Of a DNA stretch of 64,000 nucleotides, positions 60,082 through 64,000 are shown piece by piece. Positions within the stretch are counted from its first letter, which is position 1; the number at the start of each line of letters is the position of its first letter. Position numbers and translations under genes: made by a program. Source of the DNA: Phoronis australis (lineage: Eukaryota; Animalia; Phoronida); assembly GCA_002633005.1 (NCBI GenBank), contig NMRA01000104.1:124001-188000 (forward strand), given 5' to 3'. The notes below the pieces were generated by a model. The model did no database searches, was not told the DNA's origin, and saw only the letters and a program-made list of their open reading frames with translations.

Positions 60082-61391
60082 ACTTCTAATGCTGCAAACC
60101 AAACGAATAATTGCTACATTAAATATTTAAATTATTCTATTTTCCAAACGAAAATATTTCTAAGAAGCGACAGTGCCATCAAAAAATGATAATTGTACGT
60201 ACAACAAGGAACAGTCCAGTGAGTGAAAACCCATTCTCTGTTAAAAGCCAGTGTCGAACCGCTGTAGCTGCTTACACAAAACGATTTACGTTTCAAACAG
60301 TGATGTTGAAATCACTATGTAATCTTTGTCATTAAGCAGTTGTTTAACATTTATTGATTTCGATATGAAAAAAATAAATTTCCTTAAAGAAATTATCAGT
60401 TCAAAATAATTAATTTTAAGTCGCTACCACTTCAATGACGAAAAGTACTCAAGTGATCACGTTGCGCGTCTCTGCTTTGAAAACTGTTCAAGATACGTAC
60501 AAACATGCATGCACAAAATTGGAACATTGCTATATCATGATAAGTTCAGGCAAGCATTTTTGTGGTCAAATTATTTGATACCAATTTTATATTAAAATAG
60601 TGCAATTCCTTTACATGACAACATTCATGATATTTTCAACTTTTCTATGAACTTTTCTATTACATGAGGCGCTATATAATCATCGGTATACTCACTCAGC
60701 TGCGTACACCTTGGTGAGAGCAAGACAAATGGCTGTAATGTACTAGCATGCAAAAATAATGCACGGGTTCCGAGGGTAGTCATGTGAACGGGACACGTGT
60801 CGAGTGCAAGCAGAACGACGAAAAGCTGATAAACTGCGTGACGAAGGCGACTTGATAATAGTTTCGTCACGGAATGTCAAAATTTTATGTCCTTGTTGAT
60901 ATTTTGCAAGATTCGTTCATTAATTTCATAGATGATGATAATCGTTCTGATCACAGACTTACGCTAGGTAAAGATAGGAAAATAGTATCATTATCAGAAC
61001 GCACCTGCTTCAAACTACACGGATAACCGGTGTTCGTTAGGTGTAAGCAGAGTCAACTAAAATTAAAACGGCAAACTCGTTGTATCACACTTCATGCCAA
61101 CTCTTAAACAACATGTTCATGTCTTTCCGAAATTCACCGATGGCTCAACCGGCCTGCACCACGCCGTGTACGCACACTTCATGTTGTCGTCAGTGATAGA
61201 GTCTGATGCAGCGAAGCCAAGTCCAGCGTATTCAACATTTTGTTTACAAATATCAACTCAGTAAAGCAAACAACTTTTCCTTGTTTAAAATTTTAAAAGA
61301 AACTGTAGACAACGGCAATTATAGAATTGCAGCTATGCAAGCTAAGAATATTGACGTACAGCAGTCTGACTCGTAATTACGATGTAGTCCG

Positions 61392-61792
61392 GGGTCCTGA
61401 AGTCTAATGCTTGTACATGTACTCGAAATTAGTTTTTGTAATTTCTATTCTACAACTGAATATAAGTGTCTATTGTTCTAAGCTCGAGTATGTAATGACT
61501 TAAGTGGATAACTTTCTAAACCTAATTTACACTTGATGACCCCAGCATTCTAAAAGTTCGAGTCTGAAATTTAAATGTCGAGTTTTCAGTTACTCGTAAT
61601 CTCTAGCTTTTCCTCGGGTTTGTAGCACGAATATAGGCGGTCATCAAGTGTAAACTAATGTGCATAAATTATAGTGTACCCGAGCACAGACTAATAGCCA
61701 CTTATCTAGAGTTCGCACAACAGTAAAACAGAAAATTCTAAAAAATAATTTCCAGTTCGCTTTGGAGTACCGGAAAGATTAGGCCCTGGCCC
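61392..61792. mobile_element. PIF/Harbinger-like MITE, third copy
   Basis: Colinear similarity to 1791-2195; ends gattaggccctggccccag. Confidence 0.55.
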
Positions 61793-62779
61793 CAGAGTAC
61801 ACAATAGTGTATCACACCAACCTAGGTAAGGGTCTCATTGTATGAGCTCAGGAACAAAAGCACCCACTGCTTGCAAACCGTGCTATAGAAGAAATTTTGA
61901 AATGGATACAGGTCTCCCTCTCAAAACTCGGTCAGTGAAAGGAGGAAGCAATCTTTTCTTTCGGTAGACAACACTCTGAAATATCTGACATTACCACTTA
62001 AATCCATGAAAATTTAATGCACGTAACAAAGTCTCGTCGGTTACTGTGATGGTACTGACAATCAAGCCGTATTCAATTATGTTTGACATGTCCTCGCATC
62101 TTCGGCTTGTCCGAATACTGCATTGATCTGTACATTAGCAGTGATGCAACATCCATCTTTTCTATTCAAATAATCACGCTAAAATTGACATGATACCCAG
62201 AAAATTGTGTGAAATGGACTGATTTTCAATTTTCCGTTGTGTTGATATCAACACTATTAAACACAATATCAACGAGAAAGTATCTGCCATATTAACGGAC
62301 AATACTCCATTCCAAGAGAAAACATCTAATAATTGTAATCAATCAAGGTCTAAAAGTCTATAAAATTGACACAGAGGCGCAAAGCAAGACTCTATAGAGT
62401 GTTTAGAAAGTCAGGTAACCAGGTTATTTTTAACAGGTACATTGACCAATCTGGACATATTATGTAGAAAGGCAAATTACTTACTATAGAGAATAGCACC
62501 GGCGTGGTCTTATCTGCAGTATTTAAAACAAATTAAAAAACAGACTGAAAACTGTAAACCAAATTCTTGGCAAATCACACCTGTGCTGTCTTCCATGTTT
62601 AAAATTGGATAATATTGGTGAGGTGGCAACGACTAATTTAGAAAAGGTTGAATTGTTTTTGAAATATATTGTTAACAGGAACCATGCTAATACGTCCCCA
62701 ATGAACTCAACAATACCATGAAGAACCATGTTGAATTGAATGACCTCCGAATGACTCCAGTCTAAGTAAGAAAACTGTA

Positions 62780-63007
62780 AAGGGCTTGGAATGATGACCA
62801 ATGACAAAAAAAGAGGAAAATTTTCCAGGTGACGTATCGTTCCACAGATAAATAGGTTTGTGTGATAGAAATATTTTGTCTTGTAAAATTTTACTGCAAT
62901 TGACGTTTTTGCATGAATAGAGGGAAAATAAAAATGACGAAAAAAGTGGAAACTGGAAATCAAATAAGAGGAAATCGAAACCAAAAAGAGGAAAATTCTA
63001 AGACCTG
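62780..63007. mobile_element. Second copy of the MITE at 17693
   Basis: agggcttggaatga...gaccaatgacaaaaa...gaggaaatcgaaa...gaggaaaattc shared with the first copy. Confidence 0.65.
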
Positions 63008-63489
63008 GGGAGGAAATTGATACCAAAAAGGGCGATGCTTTTGATATAATAACTAGCACCATGCTGAAAATGTGTGCCCAGTCGCCCAACAAAATACTTT
63101 CATCTGGCTGCTTTCCATCAACTAGACGGATGACCGGGAATATGATCTCACTTCACAAAAAGATTCAACTGCTGGGGATTCTAATTACAAGCCCATTACT
63201 TTATTTTGTACTCTATCTAAATTGTTTTCTTGTCTGTAAACAATCATCTCCAGGATAATGATTTATTATATTCGTTGCAACTTGGTTTCCTTCCTCCGAA
63301 AAACTGTTTCTCAATTGATTGAAATTATCCATGAAACTGTGAGTTTCTGAAAGGCAACTTCGTCAGTCAGGTCCGTCTCTTAGGAGTTAGTATCAACGTT
63401 TGACGTTGTACCCCCAAAACTTTCTATTCATTAAATTAAAATCTTACGGAACCACTAGCTCTATGCTCAGCTTGTTCTTTCCTGTTGCT

Positions 63490-64000
63490 TCTATGGGGTT
63501 AAAGTAGACGGTGGGTTGTCTAGGGAAACGTCTTTGGGTTTTATATACGCCGAGGGTAGCCTTATGGTAGTGCTTTGGGCCCACTATCATTCCTCATTTT
63601 CATTAAGACAATGATATATCTGACTCACTTCTTTGAATATGTTATTTCTATGCAGACGATACTTGTATCTTCAACTCATTCCCAAAGACTAGTCTGAAGA
63701 ATCTGTCCTCTTCAAACTATCTCAATTTACTCCATGAATGGTCCGTGATTTGGGGTATGAATTTCAAACCAGCAAAATGTCATGACGTAACTTTCTCTCC
63801 ATGCATAGTTAAACTAATCTCAAGTTGATCACGTTTATCTCTTGATCATAGTTTAGGCCCTCAAAAAAGTTCTCATCGTCATCTTGGTGTAATTCTTAAC
63901 AACCTCCATTGCTTCAAATTCTTAAAAATCCTTTCAACACGTTACCAAGGGTAATGGGGAGCTATCTCCTAGAAATTTTGTATAATGCTTTCAATTCATC
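63490..64000 (+). mobile_element. Decayed LINE reverse transcriptase fragment
   Basis: GSALGPLSFLIFI, YADD (63649-63660) followed by TCI, and LHEWSVIWGMNFKPAKC, with frameshifts. Confidence 0.8.

Noticed and set aside
62523-63092. 189-aa hydrophobic ORF
   Set aside because: Reads through the antisense strand of an A-rich MITE, which explains the Phe/Leu bias.

Overview
Eukaryotic (animal) genomic DNA, AT-rich and repeat-rich, most consistent with a marine invertebrate (inference from gene and repeat types). There is no prokaryotic, rRNA or CRISPR content. Genes supported from the sequence: (1) the 5' part of a group-A bHLH transcription factor on the minus strand, running off the left edge and missed by the ORF track; (2) a single-coding-exon ABHD12/13/17-like alpha/beta-hydrolase; (3) a complete 13-exon TCP1 (CCT-alpha) gene on the minus strand (559 aa) with a U12-type GT-AG intron and a heat-shock element at its promoter; (4) a small two-TM, Arg-rich protein with two PPxY motifs; (5) three co-oriented orphan ORFs (42-54 kb) that share a repeated hydrophobic-x-LPx[ILV] motif and lie among RFX X-box-like sites; (6) a signal-peptide LRR-Ig protein. 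The rest is MITEs, HINE/helentron-like elements, LINE fragments and a possible solo LTR. Two tandem duplications abut single-N joins and are probably haplotype assembly artefacts. All calls were made by eye, with no database searches.
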